Positions 53,642 through 64,000 of a stretch of 64,000 nucleotides of DNA are shown one piece after another. Under the pieces are notes generated by a model. It searched no databases and had not been told where the DNA came from. It saw nothing but the letters and a program-made list of their open reading frames with translations. This DNA comes from Candidatus Izemoplasmatales bacterium (GTDB taxonomy: Bacteria; Bacillota_I; Bacilli_A; Izemoplasmatales; Hujiaoplasmataceae): contig JBMNEZ010000001.1 of the NCBI GenBank assembly GCA_050949045.1, positions 704,001-768,000 on the forward strand, written 5' to 3'. Within the stretch, counting starts at the first letter, position 1. Each line of letters begins with the position of its first letter. Position numbers and translations under genes: made by a program.

Positions 53642-53724
53642 TGGTGCGGTTGATGGGATTTGAACCCACACGTCAAGGACACTACCTCCTGAGGGTAGCG
53701 CGTCTGCCGTTCCGCCACAACCGC
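53642..53724 (-). tRNA. tRNA-Leu (anticodon CAG)
   Basis: GCGGTTGTGGCGGAACGGCAGACGCGCTACCCTCAGGAGGTAG...GTTCAAATCCCATCAACCGCACCA, with a long variable arm. Confidence 0.95.
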
Positions 53725-53874
53725 CTTCAGTAACATTAATGATTATACCATAAAGATCGGGAAAGAAAAGCCAAAAAAATGGGGATTTCCGGGAAAAATC
53801 CTTTAGTATTCCGCTAAACTATGATATTATTCATATGCATTGATACAAACCATCGAAAGGCGGGTTGTACCAAA

Positions 53875-55368
53875 TTGAAAGATGAACGGCAGTATAAAAC
53901 CCCTTTTTTCACCAAACTGAAGGCTTATGGGACCAGTGACGTATCGCCGCTTGATGTCCCCGGGCATAAGCTCGGGAAAATCAAGAACGATCTGATGGAT
54001 TTCACGGGACAAGCAGTCTTTACGCTTGATGCCAACGCCCCGATCGGGCTCGACACGCTAGGCAAACCTCAAGGCGTGATCAAAGAGGCAGAGAAATTGA
54101 TGGCTTACGCCTGCGGCGCCGACAAAAGCTATTTTCTGACTAACGGCACCTCTGTCGGCATCTTGGCAATGATCATGTCGACCTGCCGGGCAAACGAAAA
54201 GATAATCCTTCCGCGAAACGTCCACAAATCAGTGATTAACGGGTTGATCCTCAGTGGCGCTATCCCGATCTTTGTCAAACCGGACATCGATATCGAACTC
54301 GGGATCGCCAACGGCGTCTTCTTCGAATCCTATGAAGAAGCAATTAAAAACCACCCTGACGCAAAAGCGGTTTTTGTGATCAACCCCACCTATTTTGGAA
54401 TCACCTCAGACCTTGCCAGAATCACCGATTTCGCTCATGAAAACGATATGGTCGTCCTTGTGGATGAAGCTCATGGGGCCCAGTTTTATTTCTCTGAAAA
54501 GTTGCCGCTGACGGCGATGGCTGCCGGAGCCGACATCAGTTCCATCTCAATGCATAAGACCGCCGGCTCATTGACCCAGAGTTCGGTGTTGCTGACAAAA
54601 GGAAAACGCGTCAACCAAATCCGGCTCCGGACAACCCTGAACATGCTTCAAAGCACTTCTCCGAACTCGATTTTGATCGCCAGTCTTGATGTTGCCAGAA
54701 AAACGATGTATTTTGAAGGAGAGCGTCGAATTAACAAACTCCTAGCCATGGCAGAGGGAACAAAAAATATGCTCAAACAGATACCCGGTCTCAAAATTAT
54801 CGACAGCGAGTATCTCAAGAATCGCCCTGGTTTCAATCTCGACCTGACCAAAATCGTCATCAAAGTCTCTGGCCTTGGCTTATCCGGATTTGAAGTGATT
54901 CAGAAACTGCGCAAGCGTTTCAATATCCAGATGGAACTAGCTGAATCCCATATCGTGCTGGCTGTTCTAACCATCGGCACCACCAAGGACGATCTAGACC
55001 GTCTGGTTAACGCCTTTAAGGAGCTTTCACATCAATACTACAAAGTCAGGAAACAATTGCCAAAAACTAAGTTCATCTATCAGTTCCCCGAAGCCTTTGC
55101 CCGCCCCCGTGATGCCTATCACGCCCCGAGGCTTCATGTGCCACTTGAAGAAGCGTATGATGAGATCTGTGCCGAATCGATCATGATCTATCCTCCGGGC
55201 ATTCCTTTTGTCATCCCCGGTGAAATCATCACGAAAGAAGTCATCAACGATATCAAACACTACCTGAAAAAAGGGGCTGTCATTCACAGTGAACTTGACA
55301 ATGGCTACATCAAGATCATTGATAAGGAACACTGGATCAAATGGGAAGGTGAAGACAATGAGTTTTGA
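53875..55368 (+). CDS. speA: PLP-dependent Arg/Lys/Orn decarboxylase, probably arginine decarboxylase
   Basis: Motifs DVPGHK, NGTS, RNVHKS, DEAHG, SMHKT and YPPGIP. Overlaps the agmatinase gene. Probable TTG start at 53875. Confidence 0.85.
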   Translation: MKDERQYKTPFFTKLKAYGTSDVSPLDVPGHKLGKIKNDLMDFTGQAVFTLDANAPIGLDTLGKPQGVIKEAEKLMAYACGADKSYFLTNGTSVGILAMIMSTCRANEKIILPRNVHKSVINGLILSGAIPIFVKPDIDIELGIANGVFFESYEEAIKNHPDAKAVFVINPTYFGITSDLARITDFAHENDMVVLVDEAHGAQFYFSEKLPLTAMAAGADISSISMHKTAGSLTQSSVLLTKGKRVNQIRLRTTLNMLQSTSPNSILIASLDVARKTMYFEGERRINKLLAMAEGTKNMLKQIPGLKIIDSEYLKNRPGFNLDLTKIVIKVSGLGLSGFEVIQKLRKRFNIQMELAESHIVLAVLTIGTTKDDLDRLVNAFKELSHQYYKVRKQLPKTKFIYQFPEAFARPRDAYHAPRLHVPLEEAYDEICAESIMIYPPGIPFVIPGEIITKEVINDIKHYLKKGAVIHSELDNGYIKIIDKEHWIKWEGEDNEF

Positions 55369-56224
55369 GAAAGTCGATCTTTCGTTTCAAAGCTGCCACT
55401 CCAAATACAAAGACGCTGACGTCGTCATTTTCGGCGCTCCGCTTGACGCCACTACTTCGTTTCGACCGGGGACACGGTTCGCCGGAAACGCGATCAGAGT
55501 CGATTCCATCGGGATCGAGTGGTATTCCCCCTATCAAAATCTGAACCTGAGAAGTTTCAAGACCGCTGACATCGGTGACCTGGAACTGCCGATGGGCGAT
55601 GTCGAAGCCGCCCTTGAAGTGATCGAGCAATCTGTTGAGCGAATTCTCGCGGATAATAAGAAACTGGTAATGATCGGCGGCGAACACTTGGTGACCTATC
55701 CCGTCATCAAGGCGCTGGCACGAGTCTATCCCGATCTTCATCTCATCCACCTTGATGCCCATGCCGACCTCCGAGATTCTTTCCTGGGAAGCAGGCTCTC
55801 GCATGCGACCGTCATCAGAAGATGCCATGATATCTTGGGAGACGGACGCATCCATCAATTCGGCATCCGCAGCGGTGATGAAAATGAGTTTTCTTGGTCA
55901 GATTCCGGCCACACCCTAATGAGGCGCTATGATTTGGCGGGAATCAAGGAAGCCATCGCCAAGATCAATCCCGCTCCCGTATATGTAACCATCGATCTCG
56001 ACGTCCTTGATCCATCGGTCTTTCCCGGAACCGGAACGCCAGAGGCGGGAGGCGTCACCTATAAAGAGCTGCTTATGGCGATCATGGACTTTCAAAGCAT
56101 CGATAGGCTTGTCGGGGCCGATATCGTCGAACTCAGCCCTATGCTCGACCCTTCGGGAGTCTCCACAGCCGTTGCGGCCAAAACCCTGAGGGAGCTCGTG
56201 CTCCTTCTTCATAACAAAAAATAA
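55358..56224 (+). CDS. speB: Agmatinase
   Basis: Motifs GGEH, DAHAD, SHAT, DLDVLDP and GTGTPEAGG. Confidence 0.93.
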   Translation: MSFEKVDLSFQSCHSKYKDADVVIFGAPLDATTSFRPGTRFAGNAIRVDSIGIEWYSPYQNLNLRSFKTADIGDLELPMGDVEAALEVIEQSVERILADNKKLVMIGGEHLVTYPVIKALARVYPDLHLIHLDAHADLRDSFLGSRLSHATVIRRCHDILGDGRIHQFGIRSGDENEFSWSDSGHTLMRRYDLAGIKEAIAKINPAPVYVTIDLDVLDPSVFPGTGTPEAGGVTYKELLMAIMDFQSIDRLVGADIVELSPMLDPSGVSTAVAAKTLRELVLLLHNKK

Positions 56225-56250
56225 AGGAAACCGGTCGGTTTCCTTTGTTT
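56224..56250 (+). terminator. Terminator after speB
   Basis: AAGGAAACCG-GT-CGGTTTCCTT followed by a T tract. Confidence 0.75.
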
Positions 56251-56412
56251 TTGTTTGTCAGGCGTTTTGATCTCTGAAAAATCTGGTGGAAGCGTTCATC
56301 CCCGCAAAATGCTTTGTAAGACGAAGGGTGTCTTTCGGAATGGAGATAACACCAGAAAACGGCGGTGTAGGCTAAGGATGGAAGATCAGAAACAAAAGAC
56401 TTGATTAATTGA

Positions 56413-56700
56413 TCAGAGGTTAAATACAAGGATCAGAACATTGACGATGGCGATGATGACCATCGCGAGGGTCCACGTCGCTGTCTTTTTCTCATCCTTT
56501 TCCAGCGCTGAGCGCAGTCCGAGGAACACTTCGATGGCGAGGATCAATCCCAACCCAATCGGTTTTGGCATGATTGTCCCCGGCCCGCCGGAATCGCTGA
56601 TCTGCATCACAAGATGATCAGCGGGAAGCACAAAAAAAAGGCTGACGTTGAAAGCGATAGCGACGGCGATGAAGAGATAACCGATGATTTTTCTTTTCAA
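56413..56700 (-). CDS. Small membrane protein (DUF1648-like)
   Basis: Three TM helices and LPADHLVMQI...G. Probable TTG start at 56700. Confidence 0.65.
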   Translation of the reverse strand: MKRKIIGYLFIAVAIAFNVSLFFVLPADHLVMQISDSGGPGTIMPKPIGLGLILAIEVFLGLRSALEKDEKKTATWTLAMVIIAIVNVLILVFNL

Positions 56701-56860
56701 TTTCCCACCCCGCTCAAACGGCATCTCAACTGCCTATCCACAAAAACCAACTTAGGAATACTGTGAAAAAACCACGCAAGCACGAATCAATGAAAGATCG
56801 CCTTTGCGATCTTGCCTAGTAGCACTGAGCATTCAAAACGCCAGTTTGAACTTGCGCTTC

Positions 56861-57406
56861 CTAATCATCATTTAGTAGCATTCCCAGATCCAATCTGATC
56901 TCTTTCGTCAGAACATCCAGGTTGCTATAGCAATACAAGTCTATCCCGAAAAACTCGTATCCCTGTTCAAGGTAGAAGGTGATCGCCTTGACGTTGGTCA
57001 ATTCGGTTTCCAGGATGATCGCTCTCGCCTTACAGGCTTTTGCCTTCATCAAGGCGAAATCCATCAATTGCTTGCCAATGCCGTGTTTTCGATGGTCGGG
57101 TTCGACCCAGAGTTCGGTCACGCGGAGCCGGTTGTTCCATTTTTCGTGGTTGATCTCGATCAAGCCGATCAATTTTTCGGCGTCAAAGATGCCGTAGGCT
57201 TCCGCATCCGGATAATAATCCGGATACAGTGAAATCGTGAAAGATTTCTCAACCGCCGATGGCAGGGCATGCTTGACAAGCGAAAAAGCGAAGCCGTCAG
57301 CGCCTGATGTTTGAACCAAAGCATAATAGGCATCCGTCTCATAGTTTACTTGAATTGTGTATCCCTGATACAAAGCCTTGTCCAATGCTACAATCACGTT
57401 AATCAT
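56861..57406 (-). CDS. GNAT-family acetyltransferase (streptothricin acetyltransferase-like)
   Basis: Motifs WNN, LWVEPDHRKHGIGKQL, LET, NVKAITFY and GIDLYCY. Confidence 0.85.
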   Translation of the reverse strand: MINVIVALDKALYQGYTIQVNYETDAYYALVQTSGADGFAFSLVKHALPSAVEKSFTISLYPDYYPDAEAYGIFDAEKLIGLIEINHEKWNNRLRVTELWVEPDHRKHGIGKQLMDFALMKAKACKARAIILETELTNVKAITFYLEQGYEFFGIDLYCYSNLDVLTKEIRLDLGMLLNDD

Positions 57407-57502
57407 CCCGAATCTTATGATAATAATCTAATAATGTAAACTACCACAATCAAAAAGAAAAAACAAGTACGGCACTTGTTTTTTTATATCATGATCCGGC
57501 GG

Positions 57503-58684
57503 TTAAATCACTTTTAGTTTTCTGCCTACCTTACTGAAAGCTTCGAGAGCGAAGTCGAGGTCAGCTTTTTCATGCATCGCGCTGATCATCACCCTGAGTC
57601 TGCCTTTCCCCTTGGGAACGGTTGGATAGACGATGCCCGATACAAAGACACGCTCTTCAAGCAAGGCTTTCGAGAACGCCATCGTTTTGGCTTCATTGCC
57701 GATCATCACCGGTGTGATCGGCGTTTCGCTATGGCCGATGTCAAACCCGAGATTGCGCATGCCGGCTTTAAAATAGAGGGCATTTGTCCAGAGTCTCTTG
57801 GTGTGTTCCTCGCTTTCCATCAACAGTTTGACAGATTCGATTATCGCACCGACCGCCGCTGGCGGTAATGCCGTCGAGAACAACAGCGGCCGAGCCCGAT
57901 GGAGAAGCCAAGTTTTAACATTGGCTTTGCAGGCGAGATAGCCGCCGACAACCCCGATCGCTTTCGAAAGTGTTCCCACGATGAAGTCCACCTTCCCGTG
58001 AAGGTGGAAGTGATCGACGGTCCCTCTTCCGGATCTGCCCAGAACACCACTGCCATGAGCGTCGTCGACATAGGTCAGGCAGTTATACTTTTCCGCGATC
58101 TTGACGATCTCCGGCAGTTTTGCCAGATCGCCATCCATGGAAAACACGCCGTCGGTGATGATGAGAATGCGGTTATAATTCTTGCGGTTCGTAGATACGA
58201 TCCGCTCAAGATCAGACATATCGGAATGCTTGAACACCGCTTTATCGGCTCTTGACAATCTCGTTCCGTCGATGATCGAGGCATGGTTCAATTCGTCGGA
58301 AACGATCAAGTCGCCTTTTTCAACGATTGCCTGAATCGTTCCGATGTTGCAGTTCAAACCGGATTGGAAACAGACGACGGCTTCTTCTTCCTTGAACTTC
58401 GCCAGCAGGGCTTCGAGTTCTTCGAGGATGTCTTGATTGCCGACGATGGTCCTGACCGCTCCCGCTCCGGCTCCGTATTTTTCGATGGCCGCAATCGCCT
58501 GCGCCTTGACGCGCGGATGGTTTGCCAAACCGAGGTAGTTGTTCGAGGACAGATTGACAACCTGACGATGGTCGAGATCGATGATGTTTGCGCAAGGGCC
58601 GTAATTGACCGGCAACTCGCGATATACGCCATCGTCTTTCAACTCTTGGATTCGCTTGTCGATATAATCAAGTTTGTTATTCAT
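57503..58684 (-). CDS. kbl: Glycine C-acetyltransferase (2-amino-3-ketobutyrate CoA ligase)
   Basis: Motifs [25 protein letters not shown] and GTLSKA. Directly follows tdh. ATG at 58684. Confidence 0.93.
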   Translation of the reverse strand: MNNKLDYIDKRIQELKDDGVYRELPVNYGPCANIIDLDHRQVVNLSSNNYLGLANHPRVKAQAIAAIEKYGAGAGAVRTIVGNQDILEELEALLAKFKEEEAVVCFQSGLNCNIGTIQAIVEKGDLIVSDELNHASIIDGTRLSRADKAVFKHSDMSDLERIVSTNRKNYNRILIITDGVFSMDGDLAKLPEIVKIAEKYNCLTYVDDAHGSGVLGRSGRGTVDHFHLHGKVDFIVGTLSKAIGVVGGYLACKANVKTWLLHRARPLLFSTALPPAAVGAIIESVKLLMESEEHTKRLWTNALYFKAGMRNLGFDIGHSETPITPVMIGNEAKTMAFSKALLEERVFVSGIVYPTVPKGKGRLRVMISAMHEKADLDFALEAFSKVGRKLKVI

Positions 58685-58685
58685 T

Positions 58686-59762
58686 TTAAATCTCCTCTGG
58701 AAACAAGATGATTTTGCCACAGTTTCTGCTGCTCATGATCTCGGCGGCCTCATTGATTTTGCTCATGGGGAATTGGTGGGTGATGATCTGGTCGAGATGG
58801 AGTTTGTTACTGCCGACCAGCTCGCTGACCTTATACCAGGTATCATAGATTCTTCTACCCACCACACCGTAGATGTTGATTCCCTTGAAAACGATGTCCG
58901 TCGCAAAATCAAGGCAGATCGGCTCCGCGGGGATGCCGAGCAACGACAGGCCGCCTCCGGCTTTCAAATACTTGAAGGCCGTTTCAATGGCGCCCTTGTT
59001 TCCGGAGAATTCACCGATGACATCGACGCCGGAGCCATCAGTCAAACGCATCACTTCTTGATACGGGTCCGCCACCAAAGGGTTGACGACGTAGTCGGCA
59101 CCGATTGATTTTGCCAGATTGCGTCTGAATTCATTGACTTCAATCGCGATGACGAGCTTTGCGCCTTCCGCCTTGGCAACATCGACTCCCAAAAGGCCGA
59201 TCGGACCGCAGCCGAGAACAACGACCGTTTTGTCCTTTATCGGAAAATGAAGCATTGTATGGACCGCATTGCCAAGCGGCTCTTGAATGGAAAGGTGTAG
59301 TCGGTTTTGCTTGCTGTCGTTTATGAAGCAGTTTGCTTCGGGGATCTTGATGTAATTGGCAAAACAGCCGTCGGTATCGATGCCGATGATCTTGGTGTTC
59401 TTGCAGATATGCCCCTCGCCGCGCTTACAGAATTCGCATTCGCCGCAAATGATATGGGTTTCAGCGCTGACGATGTCACCCACTTTCACTCTGGTGACAT
59501 GGCTGCCGGTTTTGATAATTTCGCCACTGAATTCATGCCCGGTGGTTAGAGGAAGTTTCAAGCGTCCTTGTGCCCATTTGTCCCACAAATAGATGTGGTG
59601 ATCGGTTCCGCAAAACGAAGCGGTCAAGACTTTGACAAGCACTTCATGAGGACCGAGGATCGTGGAAATAGTCTTTTTTTGATACGAAAATCCCACTGCG
59701 GTTTTGTCTTTGACCACTGCCATCATGGTCAGTTCATCTGGTAAATGCGAGGACTTTGTCAT
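58686..59762 (-). CDS. tdh: L-threonine 3-dehydrogenase
   Basis: Motifs [21 protein letters not shown]...C, EPLGNAVH and GCGPIG. Confidence 0.93.
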   Translation of the reverse strand: MTKSSHLPDELTMMAVVKDKTAVGFSYQKKTISTILGPHEVLVKVLTASFCGTDHHIYLWDKWAQGRLKLPLTTGHEFSGEIIKTGSHVTRVKVGDIVSAETHIICGECEFCKRGEGHICKNTKIIGIDTDGCFANYIKIPEANCFINDSKQNRLHLSIQEPLGNAVHTMLHFPIKDKTVVVLGCGPIGLLGVDVAKAEGAKLVIAIEVNEFRRNLAKSIGADYVVNPLVADPYQEVMRLTDGSGVDVIGEFSGNKGAIETAFKYLKAGGGLSLLGIPAEPICLDFATDIVFKGINIYGVVGRRIYDTWYKVSELVGSNKLHLDQIITHQFPMSKINEAAEIMSSRNCGKIILFPEEI

Positions 59763-59980
59763 TTTTGGTTAAGACTCCTTATGGGTTAGACATAAAAACG
59801 CTTACACCATTAATAATTATATCATATGCTTGTAATAATAACTAGATTTTTCACTGTCTAACATGTTTTTTTCGAGTGAAATATTCGATAAATATTATAA
59901 TTATTTTATTGTGATTAAGTTTTCTTGACACGAATAAACTTATTGATATAATAATGATATAAATATATTTGGGTGATAGG

Positions 59981-61183
59981 ATGTTTATCTCTGGCTTCAA
60001 GAAAGTCCTAATGCTTTTTAACAAGTTTTCTAATATCACTTCTTTTATTGTTGACAAGGATGACGAAATCATCTTCAGCACTTTTGGCGTAAAGAAAGGC
60101 GATCGACTTCCGATTCTTCATCATCTGAAGAACGTTGTGATTAATATCGATGTCCCGCTGTTGGTCGTGTATAACGGGCTTGAGATGTTTGGCGTCATTG
60201 CTCAAGATGCCTCCCCGGACGCTGACAGAGTGATCATCGGACCGGTGTTGTTGGTGAAACCTTTAGCGTCAAAAACTCTCAGTTTCTTATCTGTTTCCCC
60301 TTATGTGTCTGAAGAAAAAATCCGTAATGTCATCAAAAACATTCCACTGCTCAGTTCTGACAAATTTGTGTATTATCTCGAAATTCTGTTTTTCTCTCTC
60401 ACGGGACGCTTCTCGCATTTCGACAAGATTCTCGATGGCAAACTTGTCATCACTTGCATTCCTGAGAATCTAAAAATAAATTTGCCCGAGGTGTTGTTTG
60501 AGGGAGATATTTCCGATTATGATTCGTACGCCCAAGAAATAAACAAACTCTATGAACTGGTGAAGGAAGGCAATGTTAGCGATTTGGAAACAATGTTGGA
60601 TAGTTCTCTACTGATAAGAAGCCATTTCACAGAGTCCAGCAAAAAAAACTACACAACATTTGTCGCTTCAACCGCTTTTTTTGGAAAAGCCGCTCTTGAT
60701 TCAGGTGTTGGATACTCAGAAGTTTATTCTATCGGTTCGACTCTTGTTAGGCGCGCGGAATTATTTAACAACGCCAGTGAATTTTTTTATTTGTTGCATC
60801 GGATGATTCTCGGATTCGCGACCCGCGTCCAAGAGGAAAATCTGCGGAAGCGTCGCCATCAGTCGATCAATATGGCTATCGATTATATCGACAAAAGCCT
60901 TAACTTTCCTCTTGCTTTGAATGATGTTTCCAAATACGTCAACCACTCAAGGTCATACTTCTCCCAACTGTTCTCCAAAGAAATGGGGATTTCACTTCAA
61001 ACCTACATCAATAAAAAGAAAATCGAAGAAGCCGAACGGCTTCTACAATTCTCCTCAATGTCGATTAAAGAGATCAGCAACTCGCTCGCTTTCTGTTCCC
61101 AGAGTTATTTCACAGAAGTGTTCAAATCGGTGACCAACACTACTCCGATCGCTTATCGAAAACAGTTTCGCGAAGAAAAATAA
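59981..61183 (+). CDS. AraC-family transcriptional regulator
   Basis: C-terminal double HTH (SRSYFSQLFSKEMG...FCSQSYFTEVFKSVTNTTP) and an N-terminal sensor region containing IIGPV. Confidence 0.9.
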   Translation: MFISGFKKVLMLFNKFSNITSFIVDKDDEIIFSTFGVKKGDRLPILHHLKNVVINIDVPLLVVYNGLEMFGVIAQDASPDADRVIIGPVLLVKPLASKTLSFLSVSPYVSEEKIRNVIKNIPLLSSDKFVYYLEILFFSLTGRFSHFDKILDGKLVITCIPENLKINLPEVLFEGDISDYDSYAQEINKLYELVKEGNVSDLETMLDSSLLIRSHFTESSKKNYTTFVASTAFFGKAALDSGVGYSEVYSIGSTLVRRAELFNNASEFFYLLHRMILGFATRVQEENLRKRRHQSINMAIDYIDKSLNFPLALNDVSKYVNHSRSYFSQLFSKEMGISLQTYINKKKIEEAERLLQFSSMSIKEISNSLAFCSQSYFTEVFKSVTNTTPIAYRKQFREEK

Positions 61184-61207
61184 AAAAGACTTAGTGAGTG
61201 CCCCCTT

Positions 61208-61243
61208 AAGAGTAGAGCCCCAAAAAAGGGCTCTACTCTTTTC
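61208..61243 (+). terminator. Terminator after the AraC gene
   Basis: Perfect 13-bp stem AAGAGTAGAGCCC/GGGCTCTACTCTT followed by T residues. Confidence 0.75.
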
Positions 61244-61779
61244 TCATTGTCTTATATTGTTATATAATTCTATCCAATGTTTAACTATAATCTATTAGAG
61301 TCTTCATCGTCAGACTATTATCATTTTCACTGCTAATAAGCGGTATTTCATGCTTATGCAATAGGAAACTATAAAAAGAAAGTTTAATACCGGACATTAA
61401 ACTTCCATTATTCTCTGGAGTCATGTTTTACCTTAAAGGTATAGTAAAAAAACATACATTTGAGCAAAACTACTAAAAAATCCGTTAGCCTACCTTTTGG
61501 GGTATTCTTGGGTTTTTTAGAGGAAAATCGTCGACAACAAAGGCATTTTCATAAACTGATAAAAAAGGCTTTTATCATATCTTTTGAAGGAAAATAGGGG
61601 AAAATCGAACTCTAATCATTAGTTAATAAATTTGTACCTGTAATATATAATTATCTATGAAAAGCCAACTATTAATTAAAAATCAAATACTTTAAAAAAC
61701 AGTTGGCTTTTTATTAAATACTTTTCATTTACATTATAGTTAAAACAATAAACATAAATTAAGAAGATTTTTTAAAAAA

Positions 61780-63999
61780 TTATTGCTCAGTCCAAATTAC
61801 CGGAACACCATCAACATAACGCCAATGTGATCCATCCATATTACTTTCTTCACTATACCAATAAACTGGACGATCGCTTGAGTTCCATGAATAAGTCCAA
61901 TAATCTGGTTTTTCTGTTGCTTCTGCATAAATAATTAATTTGGGACAATGCTCAAAAGCGTTATAGCTAATATTTTGAACTTTTTTAGGAATGATAATCA
62001 CTTCTAAAGCTCTATTCCAACCAAATGCTTTTTCCCCAATATAGCTAAGATTGTTACTTAATTTTATGGTCTTTAAGTATGATTCAAAAAATGCATATTC
62101 TTCAATGGTTTTTATATTATCATCAAGTTCTATACTATCAACATTCTTTAAACCATAAAATGCACATTCTCCTATTATAGTAACAGTTTGTGGAATATCA
62201 GTTGTTTTAATACCTAAAATTAAAGTTTTACTAGCTTTTTTAACGATCCCATTACAATTATCTCTTGAATCATAAACTTTATTATCCGGATCAACTACTA
62301 CAGTTGATAACAAGTGGCATTTCGAAAATGCTAATATATCAATAAACATTACACCACTACCTATTGAAATTGAAGTTACTTCTGAACAACAATAAAAGGC
62401 CATTGTTTCAATAGCTTTAACGCTATTTGGTATAACTATTTTAGATATACCGCTACATGCTTCAAAAGCACTCGTACCAATCACAACCAATCCACTACCA
62501 AAAGTTAAATCTTCTAATGCCATACATTGTGTAAAAGCCGATTGACCAATATATGAAACAGCATCGGGAATTTTTATTTGTTCTAATTTAAAACAACTCT
62601 TAAATAGCATACTATCTATATAATTAATATTTTTAGATAGAGTCGCAGATACTAAATTATAACAATCACTAAACGCTTGTGAGCCAATTTTAGTTACGGT
62701 ATCGGGAATCATAATTGATTCTAATGATGTTTTATAAAAAGCACCCTTACCAATAGTAATTACTCCATCTGGAATAGTTATTGATGTTATTTTGCTTTCT
62801 CCAAAAGCATAATCTCCAATGTGGACCACTCCTGCAGGAATAGTTGTATTTTTAAATCCACATATTAAAGTTCCTGTTGTTTTATCAATTAGTGCCGTTT
62901 TATTTGGTGCTGAATATCTATTATTTCCTGAATCAACAGTAATATTAGTTATAGAGTCACATCTATAAAATGCCCCTTCTCCAATATAAATAACGCCTTT
63001 TGGAATAGCTACATTTTTTAAAGATTCACATTGGTTAAATGCGTATGAAGCAATTATTTTTGTATTAGGATGGATGTTTACCGTGTCAAATTGAGTAGTA
63101 TTAATTAACTCATCAGTGGCATTCAATAAATAAAAATGTGGATTGTCGATACTACCTATATAATAAGCATTATCATATTTTGTTTTCGTTAAAGTGTCTG
63201 TATTAGGAAAAGTATCATTTCCAATATATTCAATACCATTAGATAAATGAACCGTGCGTAAATTATAACATTCTGTAAATACATTAGATCCAATATATTT
63301 TATGGCACTTTCTTCAGCGAATGAAAAAGATGTAATTGATGAATTTGAAAAGGCTCTATTTTCTATTCTTATAACTGTTTTAGGAATTACAATTGGACCT
63401 ATTTTAGTACAGTGAGAAAACGCATTTTCACCTATTATTTGTACACCTTTACCAAAATTAATTGTGTCTAAAGTTGATGAATATAGAAAAGCTTGATCTC
63501 CAATTATCTTACATTTATCATGGATTTCAATTTTGTTTTCAGTTGCCAAATTCATTTTAACAAAAACTAAATAAGGGTTAGTTGCACTTCCTATATATTT
63601 TCCATTTTTATAATCAGTAAACATATGATCTCCCGTATTCGAAAGTGCGCTAAATCCAAATTTTTCAAGTCCGTCTGGTAAAGTAATTGATTCTAACGAA
63701 CCACATTGACTAAAAGCGTAAGAATCTATTGTAGTTAAACCTTCCGGTAAATTAATAGATGATAAATTCTTACATGAACTAAAGGCGTTATTACCAATTT
63801 TCTTTAAGCCATTACCTAATTTAACGGTTGTTAAATTGGAACATGCTGAAAAGGCATATTCTTTAATTTCTACTACGCTATCCGGGACTACTAAAGTCAT
63901 TATTTTTTTATTGCTAAAAAAAGCACCGTATTCAATTGAAATAATCGGTTTATTCTTATAAAGTGCAGGAATTACAACATGATTATCTAAGCCATAGTA
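61780..63999 (-). CDS. BspA/TpLRR-type leucine-rich-repeat surface protein (5' end outside the window)
   Basis: More than 20 repeats of the type LxxIxIPxxVxxIGxxAFxxC. The frame stays open to the window end (YYGLDNHVVIPALYKNKPIISIEYGAF...). Confidence 0.92.
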   Translation of the reverse strand, partial: YYGLDNHVVIPALYKNKPIISIEYGAFFSNKKIMTLVVPDSVVEIKEYAFSACSNLTTVKLGNGLKKIGNNAFSSCKNLSSINLPEGLTTIDSYAFSQCGSLESITLPDGLEKFGFSALSNTGDHMFTDYKNGKYIGSATNPYLVFVKMNLATENKIEIHDKCKIIGDQAFLYSSTLDTINFGKGVQIIGENAFSHCTKIGPIVIPKTVIRIENRAFSNSSITSFSFAEESAIKYIGSNVFTECYNLRTVHLSNGIEYIGNDTFPNTDTLTKTKYDNAYYIGSIDNPHFYLLNATDELINTTQFDTVNIHPNTKIIASYAFNQCESLKNVAIPKGVIYIGEGAFYRCDSITNITVDSGNNRYSAPNKTALIDKTTGTLICGFKNTTIPAGVVHIGDYAFGESKITSITIPDGVITIGKGAFYKTSLESIMIPDTVTKIGSQAFSDCYNLVSATLSKNINYIDSMLFKSCFKLEQIKIPDAVSYIGQSAFTQCMALEDLTFGSGLVVIGTSAFEACSGISKIVIPNSVKAIETMAFYCCSEVTSISIGSGVMFIDILAFSKCHLLSTVVVDPDNKVYDSRDNCNGIVKKASKTLILGIKTTDIPQTVTIIGECAFYGLKNVDSIELDDNIKTIEEYAFFESYLKTIKLSNNLSYIGEKAFGWNRALEVIIIPKKVQNISYNAFEHCPKLIIYAEATEKPDYWTYSWNSSDRPVYWYSEESNMDGSHWRYVDGVPVIWTEQ

Positions 64000-64000
64000 T

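Noticed and set aside
53449..53736. 95-aa minus-strand ORF
   Set aside because: It overlaps two clear tRNA genes.
57413..57442. dif-like site (..TAATGTAAACT)
   Set aside because: Only the right arm resembles the Bacillus dif site. The left arm and spacer do not fit, and the DNA is an AT-rich promoter region.
61195..61243. IS3-like terminal repeat (TGAGTGCCCCCTTAAGAGTAG)
   Set aside because: The resemblance is loose, with no transposase or partner end in the window. A terminator explains the hairpin.

Overview
This is bacterial chromosomal DNA in the standard genetic code (TGA is a stop). Gene content and order (parE-parC divergent from plsY, relA-dtd-hisS, class B RNase P RNA) point to a Bacillota-derived, Acholeplasma/Izemoplasma-like organism; this is an inference. 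About 50 kb is housekeeping and lies mostly on the minus strand: deoB, xerD, hemW, lepA, rnpB, pnp, rpsO, lon, tig, ribF, truB, mutS2, rnhC, rluD, lspA, psuG, msrA, tcdA, hisS, acpP, dtd, relA, apt, recJ, nadC, parC/parE and plsY. Two very large uncharacterised coiled-coil proteins precede this block. The most striking element is a candidate peptide quorum-sensing cassette at 49.6-53.3 kb. It comprises an Rgg/RRNPP-like HTH regulator, a divergent 54-aa secreted propeptide ORF absent from the ORF track, and a membrane protein with a degenerate GGDEF and an apparently intact EAL domain. An identical 25-bp box sits exactly 19 bp upstream of the -10 element of both the peptide gene and the EAL gene, which suggests pheromone-controlled c-di-GMP turnover. 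Further right are tRNA-Gln and tRNA-Leu, speA-speB, tdh-kbl with a divergent AraC regulator, and a markedly AT-rich segment encoding a BspA-type leucine-rich-repeat protein cut off by the window end.
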